A DNA stretch of 61,019 bases, from NCBI GenBank assembly GCA_963530755.1, contig CAUSEU010000001.1:1-61019 (forward strand). The letters are read 5' to 3'. Origin of the DNA: an uncultured Candidatus Saccharibacteria bacterium (GTDB lineage Bacteria; Patescibacteriota; Saccharimonadia; Saccharimonadales; Saccharimonadaceae). Shown piece by piece: positions 26,760-36,918 of the stretch. The position numbers and the translations under genes are program-made. The number at the start of each line of letters is the position of its first letter. Position 1 is the stretch's first letter. Under the pieces are notes generated by a model. The model searched no databases. It was not told where the DNA came from and saw nothing but the letters and a program-made list of their open reading frames with translations.

Positions 26760-27573
26760 CGTACATCGTACCTACTAGATTAAGTTTAGCTTCGCCCTGA
26801 CCTTTCTGAACTACGTCGCCCAGATACTGTCGAAAGTCACCGATCGGCTGACGTAGAGCGGTGTCGGGGTTATAGACATTATAATAAAGCTCACCCAGTT
26901 CCTTAGTATTTAGTCGGACTGACTTGACGCCGGTCTGGCGTAACCCACCGATCACTGCCGTCACTCGGTTATTAAGCTCACTCTTCGCCTTGGCATATTG
27001 ATCAGCCGGAATCTTGACATAGATATGGGTATCATTACTGCTGAACATCTTAGCGATGAGCCCCTTATTACTGGATGAGTCACCGATCCGCTGCTTACCC
27101 TCACTAGTGTCATAAGGGATGATCACAAAGAAACTCTTATCCATGATATTCGCTTCCTTAGAAATAGCATTAATAAACCGGATGTAATCATCCATTAAGA
27201 CGCCGAGAAGCATGTTGTCTTGGCGTTGACGTACCTGAGAGAGCTTATTTAGATATGGACCGATATCAACCCGCTCCGAACGAATATAGATCTGAATCGG
27301 GAAATTAAGAGCATTAATGAAGTCTTGGTAGGCATACTCAATACTCTCACGCTCCTTAGCGCTAACCAGGTCAAAGTTAATGGAATGAGCTGCCACCACC
27401 GCCCGAAAGGATCCATCGCTCATGATCACCATGTCATCCCTCAGTTCACTAAACCTCAAGGCGTTCTGGGTGGAATTAGGATGCTTGGGCTTAACCGTCT
27501 GAGGCATACTAACCCCACCTCTAGCACTGGGCTGAGGCTGATTCGGTATCGGTTGATTCGTGTTTGGCTGCAT
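26740..27573 (-). CDS. T4SS-associated protein between prgI-like and virB4 genes
   Basis: STQN.L...E.RD.MVIM.DGSFRAVV...SINFDL...FINALNFPIQI; overlaps the virB4 start. Confidence 0.7.
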   Translation of the reverse strand: MQPNTNQPIPNQPQPSARGGVSMPQTVKPKHPNSTQNALRFSELRDDMVIMSDGSFRAVVAAHSINFDLVSAKERESIEYAYQDFINALNFPIQIYIRSERVDIGPYLNKLSQVRQRQDNMLLGVLMDDYIRFINAISKEANIMDKSFFVIIPYDTSEGKQRIGDSSSNKGLIAKMFSSNDTHIYVKIPADQYAKAKSELNNRVTAVIGGLRQTGVKSVRLNTKELGELYYNVYNPDTALRQPIGDFRQYLGDVVQKGQGEAKLNLVGTMYDEQRPE

Positions 27574-27584
27574 ATACTCCCACT

Positions 27585-28772
27585 CTAGTGTAATCTGATA
27601 TCGATCGTCCCCGGCTTCGGTTTCTCGGCGGGCGGATTAGGCTTAGCTGCCGGCGGTGGAGATGATGGTGATATCCTTTGATCCATTATAGCAGGCTTAG
27701 CCGGGATTGGGCTAGATGCCGTAGCTGCTTCCGGTGCCGGATTATTCGGCTGAACTTGACGTACCCGAGGAACGATCGGGCGGAACTGCGGACCGGTTGC
27801 GACCGGGTCTACCGGTGGCTGAACCGGCTGAGGTAGTGGGGGCTGCGGCTGCACCGGAAGTGAGACCGGCTGAGGCTGCTGAGGCTGCTGAGGCGCCATT
27901 GGCACCGGCTGCTGAACCAGCACCATAGGCTGCTGTGGTATCTGGTACTGAGCTTGGCCGGGATTAGGAGTCGGTGTCGCCGTAACCGGATTAGCAGGTA
28001 GCTGATAGGTAGCATTAGCGACCGGCTGAGCAGGTGGGGTAGTCTGGCGAATAGGGTGATTGATCAACTGAGGAATCGGCTGCTGAGTGGTTGGTCGAGC
28101 AGGGGGAGCCGGCATCACCGGCATGGTAGCAGTTTGTTGTAGTTTAGAAGCAGCCTGCTTAGCTAGCACTTGATTGGTCGCTACTTGTTTCATCCGATTG
28201 ATCGCCCGGTTACGAGCCTCGACCTCCGATTGATCGAGCTTCCGCTCCAGCGACTCCGACATATTACCTTCCTCTAGTATGTCAGGAGTATTACTGACAC
28301 TGGAGGCGATATCGTCGTTGAGGTTAGTATTATTGACCGGTACACCCATACCCCTGGTTGACCAACCCTGTGTATCGGATAGTTTAGCCAGGAAGGACAG
28401 CCGCTGTGATACTTCTTCACCGGCCAGATCCTTAGTCTTCGGACTAGTATCAACGATCGGCGCACTGATCTCGACAGTTGATTTCTCACCATCTGCCTGC
28501 CAGACCTTTAACCGGGGAGCAAAAGCATAGCGGACTAATGCCGCCACATAGACCTCAGTCGGCTGATCTTTACGCAGGGGAAGAGCGATCACCAGGAAAA
28601 AGAGACTAAACGGAGCCGGTATCAGAGCTAACGGAATCGAGATCCTACCTAAGAAAAAAGCGACGAAACCGGCCCCCAGAGCGACTAATAGGAACATAAA
28701 TTGACGAAAGCTAAATGGACCGATCAGCTTATCCTCGGCCTCAACGTCCTGCGGAACTTTATGTTCTGCCAT
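27585..28772 (-). CDS. PrgI-family (VirB3-like) protein with Pro/Gln-rich tail
   Basis: KVPQDVEAEDKLIGPFSFRQF followed by two TMs. Start at ATG 28772, 7 nt after TGCTATAAT. Confidence 0.8.
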   Translation of the reverse strand: MAEHKVPQDVEAEDKLIGPFSFRQFMFLLVALGAGFVAFFLGRISIPLALIPAPFSLFFLVIALPLRKDQPTEVYVAALVRYAFAPRLKVWQADGEKSTVEISAPIVDTSPKTKDLAGEEVSQRLSFLAKLSDTQGWSTRGMGVPVNNTNLNDDIASSVSNTPDILEEGNMSESLERKLDQSEVEARNRAINRMKQVATNQVLAKQAASKLQQTATMPVMPAPPARPTTQQPIPQLINHPIRQTTPPAQPVANATYQLPANPVTATPTPNPGQAQYQIPQQPMVLVQQPVPMAPQQPQQPQPVSLPVQPQPPLPQPVQPPVDPVATGPQFRPIVPRVRQVQPNNPAPEAATASSPIPAKPAIMDQRISPSSPPPAAKPNPPAEKPKPGTIDIRLH

Positions 28773-28866
28773 GAGCATTATTATAGCACAGCGATATATC
28801 AAACATAAGCATTTTTAAGGGGTCAGTATTTGCTATCAAGCGATTTGACATGTATTATATTAGATA

Positions 28867-29739
28867 GTGGTAATGAGACATGAAGTGAGTAATGACAGCC
28901 ACCCCGAGCGGGTGTTTTTTGCTCGTGTCTCGACCGGTGATAGCCAGACGCCGGTCATCTCATTACGACGAGCCACCAAGACATTCGGCTTCGACGACTC
29001 AGCTACTGACGCCATCGTCAGTATCAATCTGGAGATCCAGCGAGGCGAGTTCGTCGCCATCATGGGTCCGAGTGGCTGCGGCAAGACAACTCTGCTGAAT
29101 ATCCTGGGGCTGCTTGATCAGCCCACCATCGGTCGCTACCTATTTAACGGTAGAGATGTCGGTAAGTTTAGCAGCAGTCGTAAAGCCAGGATTCGCAATC
29201 GGGAGATCGGTTTTATCTTTCAGAACTTTAATTTAGTGACTAATATGACCGTACTGGATAACGTCGTCTTACCGCTAACTTACCGGCATGGCTGGAACTA
29301 CAAGAACCTGGAGAAGGCCAGTCAGCTACTGGATGCTATCGGACTGAAGAATCGGGAATATTTCAAGCCCAACCAACTCTCCGGCGGTCAGATGCAACGG
29401 GTAGCCATCGCCAGAGCCTTGATCAGTCGCCCCTCAATTATCTTAGCCGACGAACCGACCGGCAATCTGGATAGTAATAATAGCCGGGTCATCATGGACT
29501 TACTGACTGAACTCCACAAGAAGGGTAACACCATCCTGATGGTGACCCATAATCCCGAACTGCTGAAGTTTGCTTCCAGGGTAATCTATATGAGAGATGG
29601 CCAGATCGAGCGAGATGAAGAGCTGACCGAGACCAAGGCCTTTAAGGTAACCAAACGGACTATCTCCAACCGGCAGAAAAAAGCAACTAATTCACTGAAG
29701 CGACAGAAACGTCTAACCAGAGTGAGGCGACACAAATGA
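28867..29739 (+). CDS. ABC transporter ATP-binding protein (MacB/LolD-type)
   Basis: GPSGCGKTT, IGFIFQNFNL, LSGGQMQRVAIARAL, ILADEPTGNLD, VTH. Confidence 0.92.
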   Translation: MVMRHEVSNDSHPERVFFARVSTGDSQTPVISLRRATKTFGFDDSATDAIVSINLEIQRGEFVAIMGPSGCGKTTLLNILGLLDQPTIGRYLFNGRDVGKFSSSRKARIRNREIGFIFQNFNLVTNMTVLDNVVLPLTYRHGWNYKNLEKASQLLDAIGLKNREYFKPNQLSGGQMQRVAIARALISRPSIILADEPTGNLDSNNSRVIMDLLTELHKKGNTILMVTHNPELLKFASRVIYMRDGQIERDEELTETKAFKVTKRTISNRQKKATNSLKRQKRLTRVRRHK

Positions 29740-30926
29740 ACCTAGCTCTTCACCTAGCAAAAGATAGCCTGCGTCATCACCGCTTACGAGTGAGGCTATC
29801 AATGATCGGCATCATCATCAGTGTCTTCATCATTTCGCTAGTCATCATCATTAGCGATAGCGTCAAGCTTAGCTTTTACCATCAGCTGGAGCGGATAGAC
29901 AAGAGATCAATTATCATCAGCGGAGCTAGGGACAGCGGACTAATCAATCTGCCTTTTAGTACCCCTAGAGACACCTTGCGTAATACCGATATCAAGCAAA
30001 TCAGCAAGATCATACCTAAGAGCTCCGCCATTCATAGTACGCTGATTACTTCGGGCGGTATTCAATTCGGCAAGACGAAAGTCACCAGCCAAATCATTGC
30101 TACTTCGGTGACTAACCCGGCTAACTTAGAACTCCACATGCTCAACGGTAGTTGGTTTGAAGACGAGAAAGATAAGAACCTGGTTATCCTGGGCGAAGGC
30201 TTGGCAAATCAGCTGCTCGGTACTAATCAAGCTCGCAGCCAGGTCATTACTATCAAAGGACAACGCTTCACGGTCATCGGGGTAATCCGCCGGACTAACC
30301 AGGCTTTATCTATCCGAGGCTACAATACCGACTATTCCGCTTACATTTCCCTGGACAACGGTCAACGCCTGATTCGGAGTGATAACGTCAGTCAGATCAT
30401 CGTCACTAAAATTAGCAAAATAGATCAGACTAAGACCAAGCTGAGCCAAATCTTAACTCACCAACATGCCGACAGTAGCGACTATTCAATTACCAGCGGT
30501 GAAGATATCTCAGCTAAGATGAATGATCTAGTTCGACTACTAGTCGTGTCATCACTTGGTATCACCAGTCTGATCCTCCTGATCAGTAGCATTAGCCTAG
30601 CTAATATCATGCTGGTCGGGGTAATCGAACGTCAACGAGAAATCGGCATCCGCAAAGCAGTCGGGGCTAATACCAAAGATATCGTCAGTCAATTCTTGGC
30701 TGAGGCTCTAATCATCTCTCTGAGAGGTGGGCTAGTCGGACTACTACTAGCCTATATCGTCGCCTCTATCTACCTACTCACTCACTCGATGATGATCAGC
30801 TTTAGCCCGCTAGCCATCATACTCGGGCTAGTCGTACCGACAGTGACCGGTCTAATCGCCGGTGTTTACCCAGCTTATAAAGCATCCAAACAAGACATCA
30901 TATCTGCCCTTAATCAACTAACCTAG
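29736..30926 (+). CDS. ABC transporter permease (MacB/FtsX-type)
   Basis: LSMIGIIIS, extracellular domain, NIMLVGVIERQREIGIRKAVGA, GVYPAYKAS. Confidence 0.9.
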   Translation: MNLALHLAKDSLRHHRLRVRLSMIGIIISVFIISLVIIISDSVKLSFYHQLERIDKRSIIISGARDSGLINLPFSTPRDTLRNTDIKQISKIIPKSSAIHSTLITSGGIQFGKTKVTSQIIATSVTNPANLELHMLNGSWFEDEKDKNLVILGEGLANQLLGTNQARSQVITIKGQRFTVIGVIRRTNQALSIRGYNTDYSAYISLDNGQRLIRSDNVSQIIVTKISKIDQTKTKLSQILTHQHADSSDYSITSGEDISAKMNDLVRLLVVSSLGITSLILLISSISLANIMLVGVIERQREIGIRKAVGANTKDIVSQFLAEALIISLRGGLVGLLLAYIVASIYLLTHSMMISFSPLAIILGLVVPTVTGLIAGVYPAYKASKQDIISALNQLT

Positions 30927-31937
30927 TCGGATAGAGTAGTGATCACCCCGGTAATCAAGAGTCGTAGCTATGGTATGACTCTGGAAACTAGGTAAATCAT
31001 AGAGATTGATCCGGTGACTATAGTCGAGCTCGCTATCGATGTCATCAAGTAGGACCACTACCTGATCACCATACTGTTGACGAGCCAGTTTAGTAATGAT
31101 ACTAAGCAGAGCAAAAATAATCGTCCGATTCTCGCCTCGACTCGCTACTGATTTTGCCTCACTACCACTAAAAATAAACTTATAGTCGTCTTTCTGAGCA
31201 CCGATAGTAGTCAAACGATCATGAGAACCGGTCAACCGGTGCATAATCGCCTGACTAGTCATTGGTGCTCCCGGACTAAATCTTAGCTGAACCATCTGAT
31301 TCGACCCGGCGATTTGCTGATATTCTACTGACAACATCTCGCTGATGTCTTGTAAATATTGACGACGTCGCTGAGAGATAGTGCTACTAAGATCGCTAAA
31401 TTGAATATCCCAGATCATTAGCTCTTCGGCAGAATAGTCGTCTTGTTTTAGTAGAATATTCCGTTGCTTCAGCACTCGGTTAAACTTATTAAGCTCTCGC
31501 TGATGAGCAGGCTCAAGCTGAGCAATAAAACGATCAATAAATTGACGACGCCTGGTGGGGGAGCCGTAGAGCAGCTGCATATCACCCGGCTCGAATAGTA
31601 TCACTGGTACTTTCATCGTTAGCGGCAACCTACAGTACGTTCGATCATTAATCGTAAAAGACTTCTGACCTGACTGATATTTGATCGTTCTAATAGTTTC
31701 TTTAGCTTGATCAGTTAAATCAACTCGCCACCAGTCGGATAGCTGATGACTAGTCTGACGACGAATCTGGTCGAAGTTTGACCGCCAACTCTTCCCTTGA
31801 TAAGCCAGATATATCGCCTCGATGAGCGAAGTTTTACCACTACCGTTCGGTCCGGTAATGATCGTTAATTTACTAGGTAGCTCGACTTGATAGTCTTGAT
31901 GACAACGGAAGTTCTGCAGGCGTAGAAAGTGAGACAT
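30918..31937 (-). CDS. recF: DNA replication/repair protein RecF
   Basis: LQNFRCH, GPNGSGKTSLIEAI, P..RRQFID, ASRGENR, LLDDIDSELD; follows dnaN. Confidence 0.9.
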   Translation of the reverse strand: MSHFLRLQNFRCHQDYQVELPSKLTIITGPNGSGKTSLIEAIYLAYQGKSWRSNFDQIRRQTSHQLSDWWRVDLTDQAKETIRTIKYQSGQKSFTINDRTYCRLPLTMKVPVILFEPGDMQLLYGSPTRRRQFIDRFIAQLEPAHQRELNKFNRVLKQRNILLKQDDYSAEELMIWDIQFSDLSSTISQRRRQYLQDISEMLSVEYQQIAGSNQMVQLRFSPGAPMTSQAIMHRLTGSHDRLTTIGAQKDDYKFIFSGSEAKSVASRGENRTIIFALLSIITKLARQQYGDQVVVLLDDIDSELDYSHRINLYDLPSFQSHTIATTLDYRGDHYSIRLG

Positions 31938-33035
31938 CTATGACTTAACCGGCATTATGATATGACGATAATCCGGTTTTTCTCCCAGCAGAAGTACCGG
32001 TGCCAGCTTGCCGTTAAACATGATCCGGACTTTATCTCCCTCCAGACAATTCAGAGCATCTAATAAAAATTTAGAGTTGAGACTGACCATACACGGCTCA
32101 GTTCCTTTCGCTACGATATCCGCTTCAATCGACGAAGTGTTATCACCAAGCTGAGAAGTAATGGAGCGAACACTTAAGAGTTTATCAGTAGGATTACCCT
32201 CGATAATGATCGACCCGGCGCTCTCTCGAGCGAACAGCTCAGCTACCTTAACTATCTTAATGAACTCCGCTCGCTCCACCGTTATCTGATAATTCGTCTC
32301 CGTCGGGATAAGTTGTCGATAGTCGATGAACTTACCATCTATCAAGCGTGAGGTAACCAAGACATTATCAAGCAGGAAAGTAATCTGATCGTCCTTATAC
32401 TTCACCTCTACTTCAGTCAGATCACCCAGTAAACGCACCACTTCAGCTAGAGTACTACTAGGGATAATCGCCGAGACATCTTGCTTAGACTCAATCAGCT
32501 GCGACTCAGCCAAGCGATAACCATCAGTTGCCACCATATAGAGCTGACCACCCTGTGAGTATAGATAGACACCGGTCAAGATTGGTCTAGTGGTATCGTT
32601 ACTTGACACCAGCGCCGTCCGACTAATCGATTTCTTCAGCTCTTCGGCAGAGACTTTCAGCTTATCTTTCTCATCCGACTCAGGTAAAGCCGGGTAATCA
32701 TCAGCTAAGATCGAGTTAATGGTCGACTTAAACCCTTCAGTGCTGACCTTTAGCTTCGATTCATCCGTCTCTAGGGTAATATTAGTGTGCGGTAGATTAC
32801 TGATGAAATCAGTTAACAGACGAGCCGGTACGGTGATCGCCCCCTGCTCTTTCACTTGCGCTCCGATGACGGAGATAATTGCCACTTCGAGATTGGTAGC
32901 GGCAATGGTTAGCTTGTTCTGATCAGTTCGCAGCAGGATATTAGCTAAGATTGGCATACCGGCCTTAGCCGTAGCGACTCGCCCAACGGCATTCAGTGCT
33001 CTGGCGAGGTTGTCTTGCTTGATAGTTAATTTCAT
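31938..33035 (-). CDS. dnaN: DNA polymerase III beta clamp
   Basis: PILANILL, ATNLE, RPILTGV, VATDGYRLA, SRLIDGKF.DY, HIIMPVK. Confidence 0.97.
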   Translation of the reverse strand: MKLTIKQDNLARALNAVGRVATAKAGMPILANILLRTDQNKLTIAATNLEVAIISVIGAQVKEQGAITVPARLLTDFISNLPHTNITLETDESKLKVSTEGFKSTINSILADDYPALPESDEKDKLKVSAEELKKSISRTALVSSNDTTRPILTGVYLYSQGGQLYMVATDGYRLAESQLIESKQDVSAIIPSSTLAEVVRLLGDLTEVEVKYKDDQITFLLDNVLVTSRLIDGKFIDYRQLIPTETNYQITVERAEFIKIVKVAELFARESAGSIIIEGNPTDKLLSVRSITSQLGDNTSSIEADIVAKGTEPCMVSLNSKFLLDALNCLEGDKVRIMFNGKLAPVLLLGEKPDYRHIIMPVKS

Positions 33036-33296
33036 GATCCCTCCTTAATTAAATATATCTTACTCATCATCATAAGGTATGTGGATAAAGTGGAAAACCG
33101 ACCTGCTATACTCGGTCGATAGCCGCTAGGCGATAGTGGATAAAATGGGGGATAGATAGTGTAGAAAGCAGGAAAAGTTAGGGTGTTTTTACACACCGGC
33201 TTCAAAATATAGCCGGGCGTCGAGTAATGTGATAAACCATCGTCAGGTTGTGATACTACAAAAACACAGCTTAGTCGCAGTATATCCACAGCCTGG
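33036..33296. other. oriC region between dnaA and dnaN (DnaA boxes + AT-rich unwinding region)
   Basis: TGTGGATAA 33080 (perfect box), AGTGGAAAA 33089, AGTGGATAA 33135, TTTTACACA 33187, ATATCCACA 33282; adjacent (CAT)n and AT-rich tract. Confidence 0.8.
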
Positions 33297-34691
33297 CTAA
33301 GCATAAAGCCTATCCTTAATATCGTTAACTTTTTCTCTGATCATAGCGTCAAACTTGAGCTGTTTTTCGATCTTGTTAATCGAATGCATGGCGGTAGTGT
33401 GATCCTTGCGACCCAGCTCTCGGGTAATCTGAGGATAGCTCATATGGAGTTCGCTCCGCAGTAGATACATAGCGATCTGGCGCGGTACGATGATATATTG
33501 ACTACGGGAAGCTGATTTGATCTCGCTGGTCTTGATCTCGAAATACTTAGCTGTCTTCTCAATGATCTGGCGGGCGGTAATATGACGGGTTTGGCTGGGA
33601 CGGGCACTGGCTAATACTTCGGTAGCGAAATCGACTGTCGGGATGACATTGCGCATCTCGGCGTAAGCCATTACTTGATTAAGCACCCCCTCCAGCTCAC
33701 GGATATTAGTCTTGACCGTCCGAGCGATATATTCGGCTGTGCCGGCCGGTAACTCAATCGCCGAATTTGACAGAGCTTTAGTCTTGATGATAGCGACTCT
33801 GGTCTCGTAGTCGGGCAGGCTAACGTCAATATTCATCCCCATCTGGAAGCGACTCTTTAGCCGGTCGGTCAGAGTAGGAATGATAGCCGGTGGACGATCA
33901 GAACTGATGATGATCTGCCTGTTAGCTTGGTAGAGAGCATTAAATGTGTTAAAGAAGGCTTCCTGAGTCTTGTCTTTACCGCTGATAAATTGAATATCAT
34001 CAATAATGAGGACATCGAGATTGCGATACTTATCGGTAAACTCCTGCGATGACTTGTTGGTAATATGGTAGATATAGTCATTAGTGAATTCCTCGGTGGT
34101 AACGTAAAGTACTCGCTTGTCACTAAAGTGCTCCAGGATGGCATTACCGATAGCTTGAATTAGATGAGTCTTACCCAGACCGGCACCGCCGTAGATAAAG
34201 ATGGGGTTATATTTCTCGCCGGGCTTCTTAGCGGCGGCTTGGGCGGCGGCATAGGCCAGCTCATTACATGAACCGACAATGAAATTAGCAAAAGAATATT
34301 TTTTATTTAAGTGGCTGTCAAAGGCGATAGTGGTACCGGTCTTGGGTTGATCATCGATCACCACCACGCTGTCCTCACGACGTTTGAGATTTTTCGAGCT
34401 GGTTACGAAATCTACCCTGGGGGAGCTGGCACCGTTCTTCTTGAGTAACTCTCGGACATCGTCCTCGTACTTCTTCTCGAATTGGCTTTTAGCAAAGATA
34501 TTTTTAACTTCGACCGTGTAAACATTGTTGCTCACATTGATCAGCTTGGTCGGCTTCCAGAAGGTGTCAAACATAGTACCGAAACGACCGGATAGGTCGG
34601 CGTCGCTTAAGACTGTCTCCCAGAGAGATTTCATCTCACTAGCTGAGATGTCACTCTGCACCACATCGTCCCCCTCACTTACTCCCTTCAT
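33297..34691 (-). CDS. dnaA: Chromosomal replication initiator DnaA
   Basis: YSFANFIVG, YNPIFIYGGAGLGKTHL, LIIDDIQF, SDRPP, NIRELEG, RQIAMYL, KDHTT. Confidence 0.98.
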   Translation of the reverse strand: MKGVSEGDDVVQSDISASEMKSLWETVLSDADLSGRFGTMFDTFWKPTKLINVSNNVYTVEVKNIFAKSQFEKKYEDDVRELLKKNGASSPRVDFVTSSKNLKRREDSVVVIDDQPKTGTTIAFDSHLNKKYSFANFIVGSCNELAYAAAQAAAKKPGEKYNPIFIYGGAGLGKTHLIQAIGNAILEHFSDKRVLYVTTEEFTNDYIYHITNKSSQEFTDKYRNLDVLIIDDIQFISGKDKTQEAFFNTFNALYQANRQIIISSDRPPAIIPTLTDRLKSRFQMGMNIDVSLPDYETRVAIIKTKALSNSAIELPAGTAEYIARTVKTNIRELEGVLNQVMAYAEMRNVIPTVDFATEVLASARPSQTRHITARQIIEKTAKYFEIKTSEIKSASRSQYIIVPRQIAMYLLRSELHMSYPQITRELGRKDHTTAMHSINKIEKQLKFDAMIREKVNDIKDRLYA

Positions 34692-34718
34692 TAGCCCTTA
34701 GTCTAGCAAAATAGCTAG

Positions 34719-34821
34719 TTTTCCACAAGCAAAAAGTGATTCACACTTTATCTATTTTGTCAACGTGTGGATAACTTGTGTTTTCCACAAGTATGAATAT
34801 GGCACTAATATATGTGGAAAA
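34719..34821. promoter_or_regulatory. DnaA-box cluster upstream of dnaA (second half of a bipartite origin / autoregulation)
   Basis: TTTTCCACA 34719, TGTGGATAA 34766, TTTTCCACA 34781, TGTGGAAAA 34813. Confidence 0.8.
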
Positions 34822-34870
34822 CCGTCGATATTTGCTAAATATGAGCCTGATGTGATAACATCTTATAGAT

Positions 34871-35008
34871 ATGCCAAAGAGAACATACCAACCGCACAAG
34901 CGAAGTCGAGCGAAAGTTCACGGCTTTCGGGCACGAATGTCCAGCCGAGCCGGTCGATTAGTCTTGAAGCGTCGTCGTAATAAAAAGCGAGCTAAGATAG
35001 CTATCTAG
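34871..35008 (+). CDS. rpmH: 50S ribosomal protein L34
   Basis: Manual translation [45 protein letters not shown]; below the ORF-track length cutoff. Confidence 0.97.
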   Translation: MPKRTYQPHKRSRAKVHGFRARMSSRAGRLVLKRRRNKKRAKIAI

Positions 35009-35030
35009 TCAATCTTCCGACTAATCCATG

Positions 35031-35057
35031 AGGCTACTTGGGAGAGCCTCTTTCTTG
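35031..35057 (+). terminator. Putative terminator after rpmH
   Basis: GAGGCT-9 nt-AGCCTC-TTTCTT. Confidence 0.5.
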
Positions 35058-35082
35058 TTATTTGGTATACTGATGGTGATTT

Positions 35083-35427
35083 ATGATTAGTCAGCAATAT
35101 CGTTTTCATGGTCATGCCAGTGTCCGATATGTCTTAAATAAGGGTAAGCAGGCTCGAAGCAAGGAGCTGTCGCTGAAGTGTGTCAGCAATCAGCGACGTC
35201 GGAAATCTCGAATAGCGGTGGTGGTCAGTAAGAAAGTACTCAAGCATGCCGTAGACCGCAATCGGACTCGCCGTCGGATCTATGAGCAGTTGCGCTTGAG
35301 ACTAGCTAAGTTTCGGCAGGTAGTTGACCTGGTGGTGATCGTTTATCAGCCGATTGATCAATTATCGCCGGGTCAACTAGGTGAACAGTTGGATAAACTA
35401 CTCGTTAAACTTGACGTTATTTCCTAA
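35083..35427 (+). CDS. rnpA: Ribonuclease P protein component
   Basis: RIAVVVSKKV.KHAVDRNRTRRRI (RNR motif); rpmH-rnpA-yidC synteny. Confidence 0.93.
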   Translation: MISQQYRFHGHASVRYVLNKGKQARSKELSLKCVSNQRRRKSRIAVVVSKKVLKHAVDRNRTRRRIYEQLRLRLAKFRQVVDLVVIVYQPIDQLSPGQLGEQLDKLLVKLDVIS

Positions 35428-35475
35428 TCCTTCTAGAAGTAGTCAAGATAGTAGCTAGATGATAAAATACAGCAT

Positions 35476-36423
35476 ATGAATCTATTTGACCGTCTGTTAA
35501 CTCAGCCCATTTTTAATCTGCTGGCGTTTATCTATCACTTTATCGGCGATTTTGGTGTCTCGATCATAATCGTGAATATCCTGATCAGGCTGCTGATGTG
35601 GCCACTGGTTAAGAAGCAACTTCACCAGACGAAGATGATGCGTCAGATACAGCCGGAGCTGAAGAAGATTAAGCAGAAAGCCAACGGTAATCGGATGTTG
35701 GAGTCTACCATGCTGATGGAGCTTTATCGAGAGAAGAATATCAAACCATTTAGCTCGATGCTGGTCTTGCTCATCCAGATACCGATCATGATTGCTATCT
35801 ACCGGGGAATTAGGATTGCTTCGGGCGGCAACTTTAATCATCTTAACGGTATCAACCCGGCTGACTACCTATACCCTTTTATGAGTGGCTTTCATAAAGC
35901 ATCAGAGATGATGAGCGGTAATCACTTGATGTTACTAGGGGTGGTTGATCTGACTAAGGTAGTCGCCGGTTACTTACCGGGACTGATGATCGCCATCTTA
36001 GCTACTGTCTTTCAGTTCTACCAGACCAAGCAAATCATGCCTAGTGCCGGTGAACATAAGAAGCTGAAAGACTTGTTCAAGCAGGCGTCGAAGGGGCAGG
36101 AAGTTGATCAGTCGGATATGGTCTCAGCGATGAATCGTAACATGCTGTACTTCACGCCAATTATGACTCTGATGGTGATGTTAGCTTTACCCGGAGCGGT
36201 AGTACTATACTATGCCACTACTTCACTGGTGGCGATCGGTCAGCAGCAGCGTGTCTTGAGTCGTAGTGAAGAAGAGCTGGAAAAGATGGCAAGCAGCCAT
36301 AATGCTAAGCGATCCAGGCAAGCTCAAGAGGCGGTAATTATCCGTAAGAAAGCGACCGGCGGGAAAGAGAAGAGTAAAGCCGGTGGCGGTAAGACGGTGG
36401 TACGACGGATAAAGGCGAAGTAA
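35476..36423 (+). CDS. yidC: Membrane protein insertase YidC/Oxa1
   Basis: FGVSIII..ILIRLLMWPL...Q...M..IQPELKKI...ELYRE.NIKP...LIQIPI; P.AVVLYY. Confidence 0.93.
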   Translation: MNLFDRLLTQPIFNLLAFIYHFIGDFGVSIIIVNILIRLLMWPLVKKQLHQTKMMRQIQPELKKIKQKANGNRMLESTMLMELYREKNIKPFSSMLVLLIQIPIMIAIYRGIRIASGGNFNHLNGINPADYLYPFMSGFHKASEMMSGNHLMLLGVVDLTKVVAGYLPGLMIAILATVFQFYQTKQIMPSAGEHKKLKDLFKQASKGQEVDQSDMVSAMNRNMLYFTPIMTLMVMLALPGAVVLYYATTSLVAIGQQQRVLSRSEEELEKMASSHNAKRSRQAQEAVIIRKKATGGKEKSKAGGGKTVVRRIKAK

Positions 36424-36432
36424 GGAGAAAAT

Positions 36433-36918
36433 ATGGATAGAGAAGAATCAATCATGTATGCCAAGAAGTATGCCGAGGACTTAATGTCGTTCTTTGGCCT
36501 TAACGTTGATGTCTATGCTACGGCAGAGGAAGATGTCATAGAGCTGTCGGTACCGAGCTCGTATCTATCTAATCTATTGATCGGTAACCGAGGTGATACT
36601 TTGCGTAGTATCCAGACCCTCATCAGAGTCACCTTGATCCAGCAGAAAGCATTGTTATACCGAGTTAATCTGGATATCGCTGACTATAAAAAGCGTCATA
36701 ATGAACAGCTGGCTGACAAGGCTGAGAAATGGGCAAAGTCGGTCATGACGACCGGTGGGCCGATGCCGCTAAAACCAATGAATCCGGCGGAGCGACGAGT
36801 GGTTCATAAAGTACTGGGTGATTATACGCAATTATCGACCGAGAGTGAGGGTGAAGGTGCTGAAAGACATGTAGTAATCCGCAAGATTACTACTCCCGAG
36901 AGTAAGTCCGGCGCTTAA
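36433..36918 (+). CDS. jag: Jag/KhpB (EloR) RNA-binding protein (KH + R3H)
   Basis: LLIGNRGDTLRSIQ, DIADYK, PMNPAERRVVH, TESEGEG.ERHVVI. Confidence 0.9.
   Translation: MDREESIMYAKKYAEDLMSFFGLNVDVYATAEEDVIELSVPSSYLSNLLIGNRGDTLRSIQTLIRVTLIQQKALLYRVNLDIADYKKRHNEQLADKAEKWAKSVMTTGGPMPLKPMNPAERRVVHKVLGDYTQLSTESEGEGAERHVVIRKITTPESKSGA

Noticed and set aside
33032..33304. 90-aa ORF between dnaA and dnaN
   Set aside because: It runs through the DnaA-box cluster and has no protein-like features; treated as non-coding oriC.
34765..34980. 71-aa ORF upstream of rnpA
   Set aside because: Wrong frame; the real gene is rpmH at 34871..35008.
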